Below the pieces are notes generated by a model that was given only the letters and a program-made list of their open reading frames with translations, was not told the DNA's origin and did not search any database. Below are positions 50,383-61,027 of a stretch of 64,000 nucleotides of DNA, piece after piece. Numbering within the stretch: the first letter of the stretch is position 1; each line of letters begins with the position of its first letter. A program made the position numbers and the translations under genes. Origin of the DNA: Endomicrobiales bacterium (GTDB lineage Bacteria > Elusimicrobiota > Endomicrobiia > Endomicrobiales > CAWCFT01). The stretch covers positions 352,001 through 416,000 of the forward strand of contig CAWCFT010000001.1 of assembly GCA_963794945.1 (NCBI GenBank), read 5' to 3'.

Positions 50383-50448
50383 GTTTAAAAGAATGTCTAA
50401 GGCCAAAAAGCCGTTATGTGAACAGAACCGGCTATAAATATATTTATG

Positions 50449-50476
50449 AAGAGCCCGTTACTTTAGGGTTTTTTTT
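50449..50476 (+). terminator. putative terminator after pilQ
   Basis: AAGAGCCC-N9-GGG followed by T8. Confidence 0.5.
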
Positions 50477-50491
50477 ATTTCACGAGATCCA

Positions 50492-52081
50492 ATGAACAGA
50501 TTTTCAAGGCTTGAGCAGGCATTCGGCTACTTAACAGCAGCGGCGCTGTTTATTACGCCTCTAATGCGTTTCTCCTGGGACATCGGCCCGGAAACAATAA
50601 TATACCTGACATCGCTGTTGCTAATACTTTTGATCACAAAAAGCGGTCGTCTATTGTTGACCTCACCAATATACTTGCCATGTATCCTATTAATGGCGTC
50701 AGCCCTAATATCCTTTGCCTTTAATCAAAATGCATCTGTAGTGCGGAATAATATATTTTTACTTGCAAGCTCGATGATTATGGCTTGCGCAGCCATGGCG
50801 ACACCGGAACACGACAGAAAAACAATCCTCTCAGCGCCTGTGCTTGCTGGATTTTTACTTTCTGTGATGCTCCTTTCGCAAACCGTGTTCAGGTTATTCG
50901 GATTGTCAACAAGCAGCACCGACTTTTTAGAGACGATCGTAAACTACAATGTGCTCGCCGGTTATCTTTTGCTGACCTTGCCTTTGTCATTTATCTACTG
51001 GGAGAAAAATGATTTCTCAGCACCGATAATTTCTGTTATTTTGTACGTATCAATATTGGCAACTGGATCAAGGGCAGCAGCAGTCATAGCAACCGGCATT
51101 CTATCGATATATGCATTCTTTCACTTTAAAGATCATAAAGAGCGTTTTTTCTTACTTCTACCAACTTGCATGGCGGCCGTTCTTATCATGATTTTAGGCG
51201 GATCCGGACTTTACCATTCATTATCCGACAGGTTGTTATGGTGGCATTCTGCGCTCCTGATGTTCCTTGATAAACCGTTAACCGGTGTCGGCCTTGGCAA
51301 TTTTGGAGACCTTTATCTTTCATACCGCGCGGCACCTGGTTTAAACAGTGCCTACACACACAACATTATTCTGCAGTTGGCAGCTGAAACCGGGTTAGTC
51401 GGGTTGCTATCGTTTATCTTATTGATCTATAACTTCTTTAGATATGCCGGCAACTCAACTCCCGTAGCTAAAAAAGGCTATAGCCTCGAAATTACATTGT
51501 CTATTGCTGGGTTTCTGGTATTTAACATGTTCGATTACTCATTTTTTGTGCCTTCAATTATGTGCCTGTTCTTTTATATTCTTGGCCTGGGTTTTGAGAG
51601 TTCAGGCAGAGCACTTAGAGGAGGATTCATCAATAAGTACGTATTTTATGGAACCTTTGCTGTCGTGGGACTGTTCCTGGTACGCCCGTTCATATCCAGC
51701 GTTTTTTATAGCCGTAGTGTGTACTGCTTCAACGTTAAAGATTATGAAAGAGCAATAAACTATGCCGAAAGATCGCTTTCATACGACAGCAAAAACCGTC
51801 AGGCATACCTGAAACTTGCTGAAATATATTTTACAAAGTACGCCCTAAACGGCACAACTTCAGAACTTGATAATTCTATAAAAATGCAGCAACACGCTAT
51901 AAACCTTTTTCAAAGGTCAGCGAGGTGTTACTCGGATATCTCATGGCTATACATGGAGTTTGGGAAATACGCCGAAGCCTTAGAAGCGATGAAAACTGCA
52001 GTGTCATACGACAGATTCAATCCCCGCTACCGTGAGACTTTTTTGAATATGGAGAGAAAACTCCAAAATGCAACAAAATAA
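50492..52081 (+). CDS. O-antigen ligase / O-oligosaccharyltransferase-like (Wzy_C) protein with C-terminal TPRs
   Basis: Multi-TM; NYNVLAGYL, TGSRA, DRLLWW, PLTGVGLGNF, THNIILQLAAETGLVG; TPR-like tail. Confidence 0.82.
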   Translation: MNRFSRLEQAFGYLTAAALFITPLMRFSWDIGPETIIYLTSLLLILLITKSGRLLLTSPIYLPCILLMASALISFAFNQNASVVRNNIFLLASSMIMACAAMATPEHDRKTILSAPVLAGFLLSVMLLSQTVFRLFGLSTSSTDFLETIVNYNVLAGYLLLTLPLSFIYWEKNDFSAPIISVILYVSILATGSRAAAVIATGILSIYAFFHFKDHKERFFLLLPTCMAAVLIMILGGSGLYHSLSDRLLWWHSALLMFLDKPLTGVGLGNFGDLYLSYRAAPGLNSAYTHNIILQLAAETGLVGLLSFILLIYNFFRYAGNSTPVAKKGYSLEITLSIAGFLVFNMFDYSFFVPSIMCLFFYILGLGFESSGRALRGGFINKYVFYGTFAVVGLFLVRPFISSVFYSRSVYCFNVKDYERAINYAERSLSYDSKNRQAYLKLAEIYFTKYALNGTTSELDNSIKMQQHAINLFQRSARCYSDISWLYMEFGKYAEALEAMKTAVSYDRFNPRYRETFLNMERKLQNATK

Positions 52082-54152
52082 TATTGAGCGTATTTCCAAA
52101 AATAATTTATTTCCACATTTTATAATATTGATCTCTGCGGTAGTGTTCTGGTTTAAACTAGTATTTTCCGGCAAAACACTGTTTTTTGACCTCACGACCA
52201 GGTCTTATTATCCAATAGCCTCATTATTCTCTTATTCATGGAAAAACCTCGAAGTGCCTCTCTGGAATCCATACGTTTACTGCGGTATGCCGTTCCTTGC
52301 TAACCCGCAAACAGCCGTTCTCTACCCGTTCAGCTACATCTTTTTAATTTTCAGTTATCCAACCGCATTAAATATTTTCATCATTATCCATACCGCAATA
52401 GCCGGAATGTTCATGTATAAACTCTCCAGAGAATTCGGCATGAGCGATTACGGATCCATAATTTCGGCCTTTATCTTCATGTTTAATGGTTTTTTCGTTC
52501 TTCACGCAGGAATGACCAGCCAAATTGCCGCCTACGTTTGGCTCCCGGGAGTGTTATACTACTTCAAAAAGTATACAACGGAACAATTGCCACTGTACGC
52601 AGTATTTACGGCTATAACATTGACACTCCAGTTCTTTGCGGGCTATCCGGGCTTTGTATATTACACGATCCTTTTTCTTCTTGTTTACCATCTGGTATTT
52701 CTCGAACAGCATTACACATATTTTGAGTCACTCAAAAAGCTTGCTTTAGCATTCGTGAGCGTAGGGGTAATAACTCTTCTATTTTCATCCGCGCAACTTT
52801 TGCCGTCCATAGAACTCGCCGCTAATTCATCCAGAGGCAGCGGACTAGATAGGGCACTCAGCTCAGTCTACTCCATTAGCACGCTCGATTATTGTAGATT
52901 TTTGCTCGTGCCCTTGTGGGATTATTTTCAACCGTTCTATAAAGGTGACGTTCATATAATCGGTTACTATTTCGGGCTCGTCTCGATCGGAGTGTGCCTG
53001 TTTAATTACAAAAATATACGCAAGAAAGAACATTTCTTTTTGATATCGGCATTAGTACTGCTGACTGGATTGGCTATTGGCAGCGGCACACCGCTTTACA
53101 ATATATTCCTATTGATAGTCCCCGGCTGGAAATATTTCAGGTTTCCGGCTCAGGTGATGTATCTTTTTGCGTTCTGTTTCGCGTTATTGACAGGATATAT
53201 GCTGGATATGTTACGTTCAAACTATGTACGGATTATTTTGGTAATTTTAGTATTCACTGAACTATTCCTTTTTAACCTGCGAGCGAATAGGCTAATCGAC
53301 AAGTCATATTACGAGACGACAACACCGAGCGTAGGATTCCTACAAAAAGACAATAGTTTGTTCAGAATAATGCTAACGCCAAAAACGGTCGCGGAACCAC
53401 CCTATTATGACGCCGATTATTACAAGCGCTGGCTAAACTTTAAGGATATGCTATACCCTAATACGGCGTCCGCTTACCGGCTCAGCTATGCAGACGGCTA
53501 CGAGACGATGATGCAGAGTTCGGCGCTCGTACTTTTTAGCAATATAAAAGATCCATCTTCAAAAATACTTGATATAATGAACTTGAAATATATGTTCTCT
53601 AAACGCGAGTTGGGCGAACACAATATGAAGTTGGTAAAAGACGGCTACGTTAAGATATATGAAAATATTCATTGTTTGCCTAGATTTTACATGGCCAACA
53701 AAGCCGAGTTGCTTCGCAGAGATAAAATTATTGACGCTATGCTTGATAAAGGTTTTGATCCTACTAAGACAGTGTTTATTGAAGATACTATGCCGTTTAA
53801 TGTTCAAAACAGCTTTCAATTACAGTTCGCTGGTCAAGACAAAGTTTCTATCGAACAATATACCATGAATAAGTACAAGTTAAATACTTACTCTAAAGAT
53901 GCCAAGTGGCTGTTCTGCGGCGAGGCATATTATCCAGGATGGAAAGCCGAAGTAGACGGTTTGCCTGTAAAAATATACAGAACTGACTACTATTTCAGGG
54001 CTATATTTCTTCCGCCCGGAGCGCATAAGGTATTATTTTACTACGCGCCTATGTCTTTCATACTTGGCCTGTTGATATCAAGCTTATCAGCTATTGCATT
54101 TTTAATATTACTGTTTAAGAACAACCTGTTTATTAAATGGCAGACAATATGA
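52068..54152 (+). CDS. YfhO-like GT-C membrane glycosyltransferase 1
   Basis: PLWNPYVYCGMPFLANPQ..VLYP, FRFP, YYPGWKAEVDG, LPPGAHKV. Confidence 0.8.
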   Translation: MQQNNIERISKNNLFPHFIILISAVVFWFKLVFSGKTLFFDLTTRSYYPIASLFSYSWKNLEVPLWNPYVYCGMPFLANPQTAVLYPFSYIFLIFSYPTALNIFIIIHTAIAGMFMYKLSREFGMSDYGSIISAFIFMFNGFFVLHAGMTSQIAAYVWLPGVLYYFKKYTTEQLPLYAVFTAITLTLQFFAGYPGFVYYTILFLLVYHLVFLEQHYTYFESLKKLALAFVSVGVITLLFSSAQLLPSIELAANSSRGSGLDRALSSVYSISTLDYCRFLLVPLWDYFQPFYKGDVHIIGYYFGLVSIGVCLFNYKNIRKKEHFFLISALVLLTGLAIGSGTPLYNIFLLIVPGWKYFRFPAQVMYLFAFCFALLTGYMLDMLRSNYVRIILVILVFTELFLFNLRANRLIDKSYYETTTPSVGFLQKDNSLFRIMLTPKTVAEPPYYDADYYKRWLNFKDMLYPNTASAYRLSYADGYETMMQSSALVLFSNIKDPSSKILDIMNLKYMFSKRELGEHNMKLVKDGYVKIYENIHCLPRFYMANKAELLRRDKIIDAMLDKGFDPTKTVFIEDTMPFNVQNSFQLQFAGQDKVSIEQYTMNKYKLNTYSKDAKWLFCGEAYYPGWKAEVDGLPVKIYRTDYYFRAIFLPPGAHKVLFYYAPMSFILGLLISSLSAIAFLILLFKNNLFIKWQTI

Positions 54153-56074
54153 ATTACAGAAAAGAGTATTTCGCCTTGTTGACGCTTTCCATCTTAACCG
54201 TAATATTCTTTTTCCCGGTAATATTTCTTGGCAAAACATTTTATTTAAGAGATCTTACTTATATCTTCCATCCATGGAAAAGCTTGTGCGCCCAAGCCGT
54301 GCAAAGAGGGGAAATCCCGTTATGGGACCAGTATGCATTCTGCGGCATGCCTCTCCTTGCGAACTGGCAATCAGCCGTGTTTTATCCGTTCAGCCTGATT
54401 TTTTATATATTCGATTTCAGTACCGCCCTAAAATTTTACCATTTCTCTCAAGTTATTCTTGCAGGATATTTTGCCTACCTTTTTGGCCGTAAAGAGCTTG
54501 GCAGCAACAATTCGGCTCTTGTCATGATGGTCATCTTTTCATTCAGCGGTTTCTTTATAACTAAACTTGAATTCCTCAGTTATGCTGGCGTTATAGCCTG
54601 GACGTTTGCTCCGATGCTTTTGCGGAAAAACCCTCTGCTTCTGTCTGTGGCATTATGTTTTTCGTTCCTCGCGGGCCACCAGGTCTTTATTTTTCAGGTC
54701 TTTATACTTTTAATGTTCGTATTGTATGACCTCTCGAACACAGAGAACGATGTAACACTAATCAAGAATTACGGCCTAAAACTGGCATTAGCTGCTGTTA
54801 TAGCGATGTGCCTGTCGGCGTGCCAGCTCCTGCCGACAATAGAGCTTATATCAGGCTCTTTCAGAAGCAGGGAAGGCATTGACTATGCAATAGCTATGCT
54901 GCATTCAATCAGTTTTAGCGGGCTCCCAGGATTCATAAGCCCTTTGATACATAATATAAAGTCTGATCTCGTAGCTGGCGAGTTCATGCAGTGGGACACA
55001 ACATTTTATATTGGTTTTGTCGGTATCTGCATAGCAGCGGCCGGGTTGTTAGGTAAAAGATCTGGTAAACTGCGCATTTTGTCCGCGGTTCTTATAGTCA
55101 CCGGAATAGTACTTGCAATGGGGGATAAAACACCAGTATACCCGTGGCTCTACAAGCATTTTTTTATCTTCCACACAATGAGGTATCCTGTTCAATACGC
55201 ATATATATCCGTTGTGGGTTTAACAACACTTGCCGGCATCGGTATAAAGCACTTTAAGTACGGCTTGCTGATAATCGCGCTTTCGGCCGTTGAGCTTCTG
55301 GCCGTTTCAACCGGTTTTCAGCCGCTGGCGGATAACAATTATTTTTATCAGAAGTCTGCCATTATTGATGTTTTACAGAATGACCCTCAAAACACCAGGT
55401 TCATTCTAAGCCCGGGCACAGAAAAGGATAGGTTCATTCACGCTACATCTATCGAAAACGGTTGGCAGAAGGCAAGGGGCAGCCTTTATAATCTAACTTG
55501 CCTTCCTTACCATCTTTCTAACGCCTACGGTTTTGGAGAACCGCTGACCTCATACTCGATAGAGACAACAATAAACGCTATCTATTCTATCACAGGAGCC
55601 CGAAAAGCGGCCCCGGCCTTTAAGGAATTAGGTATCGGCTACCTGATCTGCAGGGATAAGCTTATAGACTCGACGGGTTATACATTGACAACTGATAAAC
55701 CGCTTTATATTTACAAAATAGATTCGAACCCCGGGCCTTACGAGTTTATGCCAATTGCCACAGGCCAAGATACTTTTAAATACTCTGGAGACTTCAATCG
55801 CCGCCATTTCGAGTTCTCAAATACTTCGGATCACAAATTTATCTGGAAAGAATGCATCTACCCTGGGTGGAAATTATTTATTAATTCCAAGCCAACGCCG
55901 TACCGAACATATAAAGGCATGTTCCCTGAGTTTGATGTAAGCGCAGGTCTTAATGACGCTTATTACTTTTACGAACCGCTGTCGTTCCGCCTTGGCCTCT
56001 CGCTTACGCTAATAACGATAATCGTTGGAGTCATTTTTTTATCAAGAAAATTACGGGGCAAAACCGATGAGTAG
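54137..56074 (+). CDS. YfhO-like GT-C membrane glycosyltransferase 2
   Basis: PLWDQYAFCGMPLLANWQ..VFYP, MRYP, YPGWK. Confidence 0.8.
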   Translation: MADNMNYRKEYFALLTLSILTVIFFFPVIFLGKTFYLRDLTYIFHPWKSLCAQAVQRGEIPLWDQYAFCGMPLLANWQSAVFYPFSLIFYIFDFSTALKFYHFSQVILAGYFAYLFGRKELGSNNSALVMMVIFSFSGFFITKLEFLSYAGVIAWTFAPMLLRKNPLLLSVALCFSFLAGHQVFIFQVFILLMFVLYDLSNTENDVTLIKNYGLKLALAAVIAMCLSACQLLPTIELISGSFRSREGIDYAIAMLHSISFSGLPGFISPLIHNIKSDLVAGEFMQWDTTFYIGFVGICIAAAGLLGKRSGKLRILSAVLIVTGIVLAMGDKTPVYPWLYKHFFIFHTMRYPVQYAYISVVGLTTLAGIGIKHFKYGLLIIALSAVELLAVSTGFQPLADNNYFYQKSAIIDVLQNDPQNTRFILSPGTEKDRFIHATSIENGWQKARGSLYNLTCLPYHLSNAYGFGEPLTSYSIETTINAIYSITGARKAAPAFKELGIGYLICRDKLIDSTGYTLTTDKPLYIYKIDSNPGPYEFMPIATGQDTFKYSGDFNRRHFEFSNTSDHKFIWKECIYPGWKLFINSKPTPYRTYKGMFPEFDVSAGLNDAYYFYEPLSFRLGLSLTLITIIVGVIFLSRKLRGKTDE

Positions 56075-58080
56075 GCCGTGGCTAGCTGTTCTCATTATTG
56101 TTTTTCTTACGGCAATAGTATTTGAACCTGTGATATTTCACTTTTCAGCTATGGCCGGCAATTACGGCGACGTTTACCAGCACTACTATCCCATGAAACA
56201 CCTTGTGGCCGAGCAGGTTATTTCCGGCAAGATACCGTTCTGGAACCCATACATTTTTACCGGAGAGCCGCTTCTTGCAAACCCCCAGAGCTCTGTATTT
56301 TACCCCTTAAGCGTATTTTTTTATGTGCTGCCTTTGTCGCAGGCATTCAATATTTTCGAGATGCTGCATATAGTAGCCGGGGGGGTATTCTTCTTTCTGC
56401 TCCTTAAACACTACAAACGGTCCCACACCGCGGCCCTCTCTGGCGCTGTAACTTACTGTTTTTCAAGTTTTTTATTGTACAAAATACCGGCTGGCCACCC
56501 GGCAGCTCTTTCGGGATATATATGGCTTCCGATCCTTATTCTTTTTTCTGAGAACCTTTCAAACAATCAAGAACCGGTGGCTATGATTTTCCTAGCTCTA
56601 ACATTAGTGTTCCAGTTTCTTTCGGGCCACGCGTTTCCATTGTTTATTGGGATTGTATTCTTAGTTGTCTATGTGCTATTCAAGCGTTTTGCGGGTTATA
56701 AATACTTTGCAACTGCAGCCGTGCTTGCGCTGCTGCTTTCGTCAATACAACTTCTTCCTAGTTATGAACTATCTAAAGCTGCGGAAAACGGCAACCTGGC
56801 CGGTCTTGTCGGAAATTACTCTATTTCTCTAAAGAACTTGATCAATTTTGTCCTGCCTGATTATTATGGCAATATAATAGACAAGACCTTCGTCTATCCT
56901 CTTAACCCATCATATTTCTTTGAAAGACACTGCATGTATATCGGCTTGATCCCCTTGTTATTGGCAATAGCGGGATTTTTTCTTTCACTTAAGAGGGGTA
57001 AATATTTTTATCCAGCGCTTTTCGTTATAGGCATAGCTCTTGCGATCGGTTTCCAAAATCCTGTTTATAAAATACTGTACGATCATCTGCCTGGGCTAGA
57101 TCTGCTACGTGTACCGGCCAGGTTCATATATTTATCAATAACCTCGCTGATAATACTTTTTGCGTTCGCATGGGATAGATACATCGGCAAGTTTGGCGCG
57201 CTGGTTAAAGCTATTTTAATACTTCTCATATTTACGGATCTTTTTGTTTGGGGAAACAGGTTCATCTATCCCGGCAACCCTGCCGTCTACCGAAGTAACA
57301 ACTCCATATCGGAAATACTAGACCCAGTTTACCGCATCATAACCGAACCTGACATGATAATGCCGAACAGGTCGATGCTATACCACCATTTCAATCTTAA
57401 CGGCTACGAAGCTATATTTCTAAAGAGTTTCACGCGCTATCTGGGTATGCAGGAAACCGGCGCGCTTAACTCTACCGGATTAAATAAGTCAGAACCTTAA
57501 CTCGCCTCTTTCAAAAGCATTTTCAGTTAGATATCTTGTTACACCTGAGCAGAAACCTGGTTTAACGTCGCTTTTAACGAACGGTAATATAAAGATATAC
57601 GAAATACCGGATTCGTTACCCAGACTATTTTTCGCAAAGCACGTAGATTTACTCGACAGTCATGATTTAAAAGGCCAGTACGAACATCTTAAGAATACTC
57701 TAGTCCCGCCCGACAAAAACTTATTCGTAGAGTGTACTGACGGCGGCACAGAAAAAGATTTCGTTGTCCCTAAAGGCATCGTATCATACAACTGCAGTGC
57801 AAATATGGTTACTGCAGAGTTTAATTTGTCAAAACCGGCAGCGGTTGTGTTCACAAACGCCTACTATAATGACTGGCGGGCAGCGGCAGGCATTTGCACT
57901 TACCCCCTAATGCGCGCGAACAGGGCGTTCCGTGCTGTATTTCTGCCGGCCGGAGATTACACCGGAGACAACAGGCTTTATCTCTATTATTTGCCCTCAA
58001 CATTTATTTTGGGTCTTATGATTACCGGATTTACTATACTTTTGCTGGCTGGTTACTATTTGCGCGGGGAGCTATTATGA
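56067..58080 (+). CDS. YfhO-like GT-C membrane glycosyltransferase 3, apparent indel(s) at ~57480-57520
   Basis: PFWNPYIFTGEPLLANPQ..VFYP and LRVPARF. The C-terminal part (LPRLF, YYNDW, ANRAFRAVFLPAG) is in another frame. Confidence 0.78.
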
Positions 58081-58805
58081 TATACGTACTGCTACCGGCT
58101 TATAATGAAGAAAATGATATCGCTGCGCTCTTAAAAGAATTCACGGAAACAAAGCTGGCCTATCCATTAAGGCTCATCATAGTAGACGATGGTTCGACAG
58201 ATGGTACGGCCAACTCCATTCTGGCTTATGACACTAAGCTTCCATTAAAGCTAATTTCACACAAGATCAATATGGGGCTGGGCAAAGCGCTTTCAACAGG
58301 ATTTACATACATAGCCAGTGTAATTGAAGACGACGATATATTGGTTACGATGGATGCGAACAACTCCCATAAACCTAAGCTTATCAACGAACTTACCGCG
58401 AAAACTTATTCGGGCTACGACGTTGTTATAGCTTCACGCTTTGTTAAAGGTGCAGGCGAACGCGGTGTTCCTTTGATCCGCAGGATCTTGAGCTTTTTAG
58501 CCAGCAGGCTAATTAAAGTAATTTTCCCTATATCAAATGCAAGTGATTATACAAGCGGCTTCCGCGCGTTTTCAGCATCAGCCGTTAAAAGGATGGTAGG
58601 CCGCTATGGTTTAGGTGTTGTTAATGAACCTGGTTTTTCTGCTACTCTCGAACTGCTTTTAAAAGCCAAAAAAATAGGGATCAAACTGGCTGAAGTTCCG
58701 CTTATCCTTAGGTATGATGAAAAAACAGGCAAAAGCAAGATGAAGATCATGAGCACGGTCTGCCAGTACTCCAAACTGCTTTTTAAATCTATTTTTTCAG
58801 TCTGA
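58077..58805 (+). CDS. GT2 polyprenol-phosphate glycosyltransferase (DPM1-like)
   Basis: VLLPAYNEE, VDDGSTD, NMGLG, TMDAN, IASRF, DYTSGFR. Confidence 0.88.
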   Translation: MIYVLLPAYNEENDIAALLKEFTETKLAYPLRLIIVDDGSTDGTANSILAYDTKLPLKLISHKINMGLGKALSTGFTYIASVIEDDDILVTMDANNSHKPKLINELTAKTYSGYDVVIASRFVKGAGERGVPLIRRILSFLASRLIKVIFPISNASDYTSGFRAFSASAVKRMVGRYGLGVVNEPGFSATLELLLKAKKIGIKLAEVPLILRYDEKTGKSKMKIMSTVCQYSKLLFKSIFSV

Positions 58806-58818
58806 ACACTTTATATTT

Positions 58819-58847
58819 TTGACAACGTCTACATATCTTTGTAATAT
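58819..58847 (+). promoter_or_regulatory. putative sigma70 promoter
   Basis: TTGACA, 17 nt, TAATAT. Confidence 0.65.
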
Positions 58848-58870
58848 TATTGGTCTTTACGGAGGCTACA

Positions 58871-59845
58871 ATTAATAAAAAATTCTTTGCAGGGCTTGCC
58901 ATCGGCGGCGCGTTCTTATACTTTACCCTCAGGCAGATAGACCTTGCCAACTGCTGGCATTATATACGTCAGGCAAGCATTCCCTGGATATGCCTCGCGG
59001 TTTTCGTATATTTTTTGGCGTTTGTCGCGAGAGGATTTAGGTGGGAGCTGTTGGTCGAACCGTTAAAAAGTGGCGTCCCGGTTAAACGTTTATTCTCACT
59101 TTTGGTCATTGGGTTCTTCATGAACAACGTCCTTCCGCTCAGGTTGGGGGAAGTTGTAAGGGCTAACATAGCGGGACAGAAACTATCCACGACAAGGACA
59201 GGCATTCTTGCAACGATACTCGTTGAAAGGTTGTTTGATGGTATTAGCTACATTACCCTTTTTCTGATAACCATAATGCTTCTGCCGTTCCCGGGCTGGG
59301 CCAAGACTTCTTTCTCGATAGGCTCGGTTGTATTCGTTGGGCTACTCGTGATGCTATATTTCCTTCTAAAACACCGTGAGATAGCCGTAAGGTTTATGGA
59401 CAAGATGCCTGTTCCGGCCAGGTTCAAAGTCGTGGCCCAGAACATGTTCAATAGTTTCATTGACGGCCTTCAGATATTCGCCAAAGGGTCATCGCTTGTA
59501 AAAGTATTCTTTCTCTCAGTTCTGGTGTGGTCTATAGAAGGCAGCGTGTTCTTCCTTATGGGACAGTCTTTCGGTATGCATCTAACTATATTCCAGTGCT
59601 TCTTCGTAATGATCATAATAGGGATGGGCGCTATCCTGCCGACCGCCCCGGGCTTCGTTGGCACAGTGGAATTCCTTGGAGTCACCTCGCTTGCTTTTAT
59701 GGGCTTCAACAAAAATGAGGCTTTCGGCTATATCATAACCCTCCACCTGTTGCAATTGGCAACGGTTTCTTTGCTCGGGATACACAGCCTGGTCACCGAA
59801 AATATAAGTTTTTCAGAGCTTATCAGAATTGAAAAACAGCCTTGA
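58871..59845 (+). CDS. lysylphosphatidylglycerol-synthase-TM / flippase-like membrane protein; start may be ATT at 58871
   Basis: RGFRW, GFFMNNVLPLRLGEVVR, VERLFD, PTAPGFVGTVE; SD GGAGG at 58861-58865. Confidence 0.82.
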   Translation: MNKKFFAGLAIGGAFLYFTLRQIDLANCWHYIRQASIPWICLAVFVYFLAFVARGFRWELLVEPLKSGVPVKRLFSLLVIGFFMNNVLPLRLGEVVRANIAGQKLSTTRTGILATILVERLFDGISYITLFLITIMLLPFPGWAKTSFSIGSVVFVGLLVMLYFLLKHREIAVRFMDKMPVPARFKVVAQNMFNSFIDGLQIFAKGSSLVKVFFLSVLVWSIEGSVFFLMGQSFGMHLTIFQCFFVMIIIGMGAILPTAPGFVGTVEFLGVTSLAFMGFNKNEAFGYIITLHLLQLATVSLLGIHSLVTENISFSELIRIEKQP

Positions 59846-59857
59846 TTATGATATAAT
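59829..59857 (+). promoter_or_regulatory. putative extended -10 promoter
   Basis: TTGAAA, 17 nt ending in TGA, TATAAT, ending 7 nt before the ATG at 59865. Confidence 0.6.
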
Positions 59858-59864
59858 TTTCAAT

Positions 59865-61027
59865 ATGGATAAACCAATTGGGATAGGTATGCTCACTGCG
59901 CGGTTCTATCCCTGCCAGGGCGGCGCAGAGATACAGTGCAGGCTCCTTTCGTCACGTCTTATAACATCCGGTCAGAAAGCAACGATACTCACCCAGAAAC
60001 TACCCAAAACTCACGCTTTTGAGTTGATTGACAACATCCCGGTTTACAGGATGGGCCTTCCGATATCGAACAGGTTAGGCTCATTTTTTTATTTTCTTGC
60101 GTCCATAAAGATGATCATAAAGAAATTCAATGACTTCGACATCCTTCACGCGCACATCGCTTCCACACCTGCAATAATAGCTTCGCTTTTCACTATGTCT
60201 TTCAACAAACCGTCAATAGTGAAATTCGCCGGCAGCCGTAATACAGGGGATATAGCGGTTTCGTTGAGAACTATCCATGGCAGAATGAAGCTCAATTTCA
60301 TAAGGGATAACGCCAGCGCATTCGTTTGCCCAAGTAGCGAGGTTGCAACCGAGCTTGAAAAATTCGGTTTTCAGAAAGAGAAGATATATACAATTCCTAA
60401 CGGTGTCGATACCGATACTTACACCCCGGCAAACTCCTCTGAGAAAAATAACTTAAAAAAGCGTATCGGGTTCCCGCTTGGGTCAAAGACAGTTGTTTAT
60501 TCGGGAAGGCTTGAAAAAGGGAAGGGCCTTGAAACCCTGATAGACGCATGGAGATATATAGAGGAAGTGGGTGTCACGCCGGCACCGCATCTTGCGTTAT
60601 TCGGAGAGGGAAGTTCTGATGAAAGCTTTGAAAGATCAGGCCTCGGGCTTGAAAAATGTGCGGTTCTATGGGTGGAGTGACAATCCGGCTGATTATCTTA
60701 GAGCGTTCTGACATATTTGTCCTGCCTTCTGCCGGTGAGGGGATGCCAAATTCACTTATAGAAGCCATGTCGTGCGGGCTAGCATGTGTTTCAACTAATA
60801 TCGGTGGTGTAAGAGAGCTCATAGTACACGACACAAATGGACTGCTATTTAAGCCAGGCAATACCGCAGCACTTGTTGAATGCCTCAAATCGCTTCTTTC
60901 CGGAGAGACTCTCGCTACAAGACTTTGCTCTTCAGCCAGGGAAACTATCCTTAAGAGCTATACGATCGGCCAAGTAACCGTGCGCTACATGGAACTTTAC
61001 CGTAAAGTTATGGTTAAACCGTCATGA
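59865..61027 (+). CDS. GT4 glycosyltransferase, apparent indels at ~60610-60690
   Basis: GGAEIQ, IPNGVD, YSGRLEKGKG, DIFVLPS..EGMPNSLIEAMSCG. Confidence 0.87.

Noticed and set aside
50383..50491. Riboswitch (e.g. c-di-GMP) between pilQ and the ligase-like gene
   Set aside because: No recognisable aptamer consensus; only a modest terminator-like hairpin.
59083..59092. TAAACGTTTA, the core of the ParB intragenic palindrome, inside the flippase-like gene
   Set aside because: Only a 10-bp core matches and the symmetry does not extend; it cannot be distinguished from chance.
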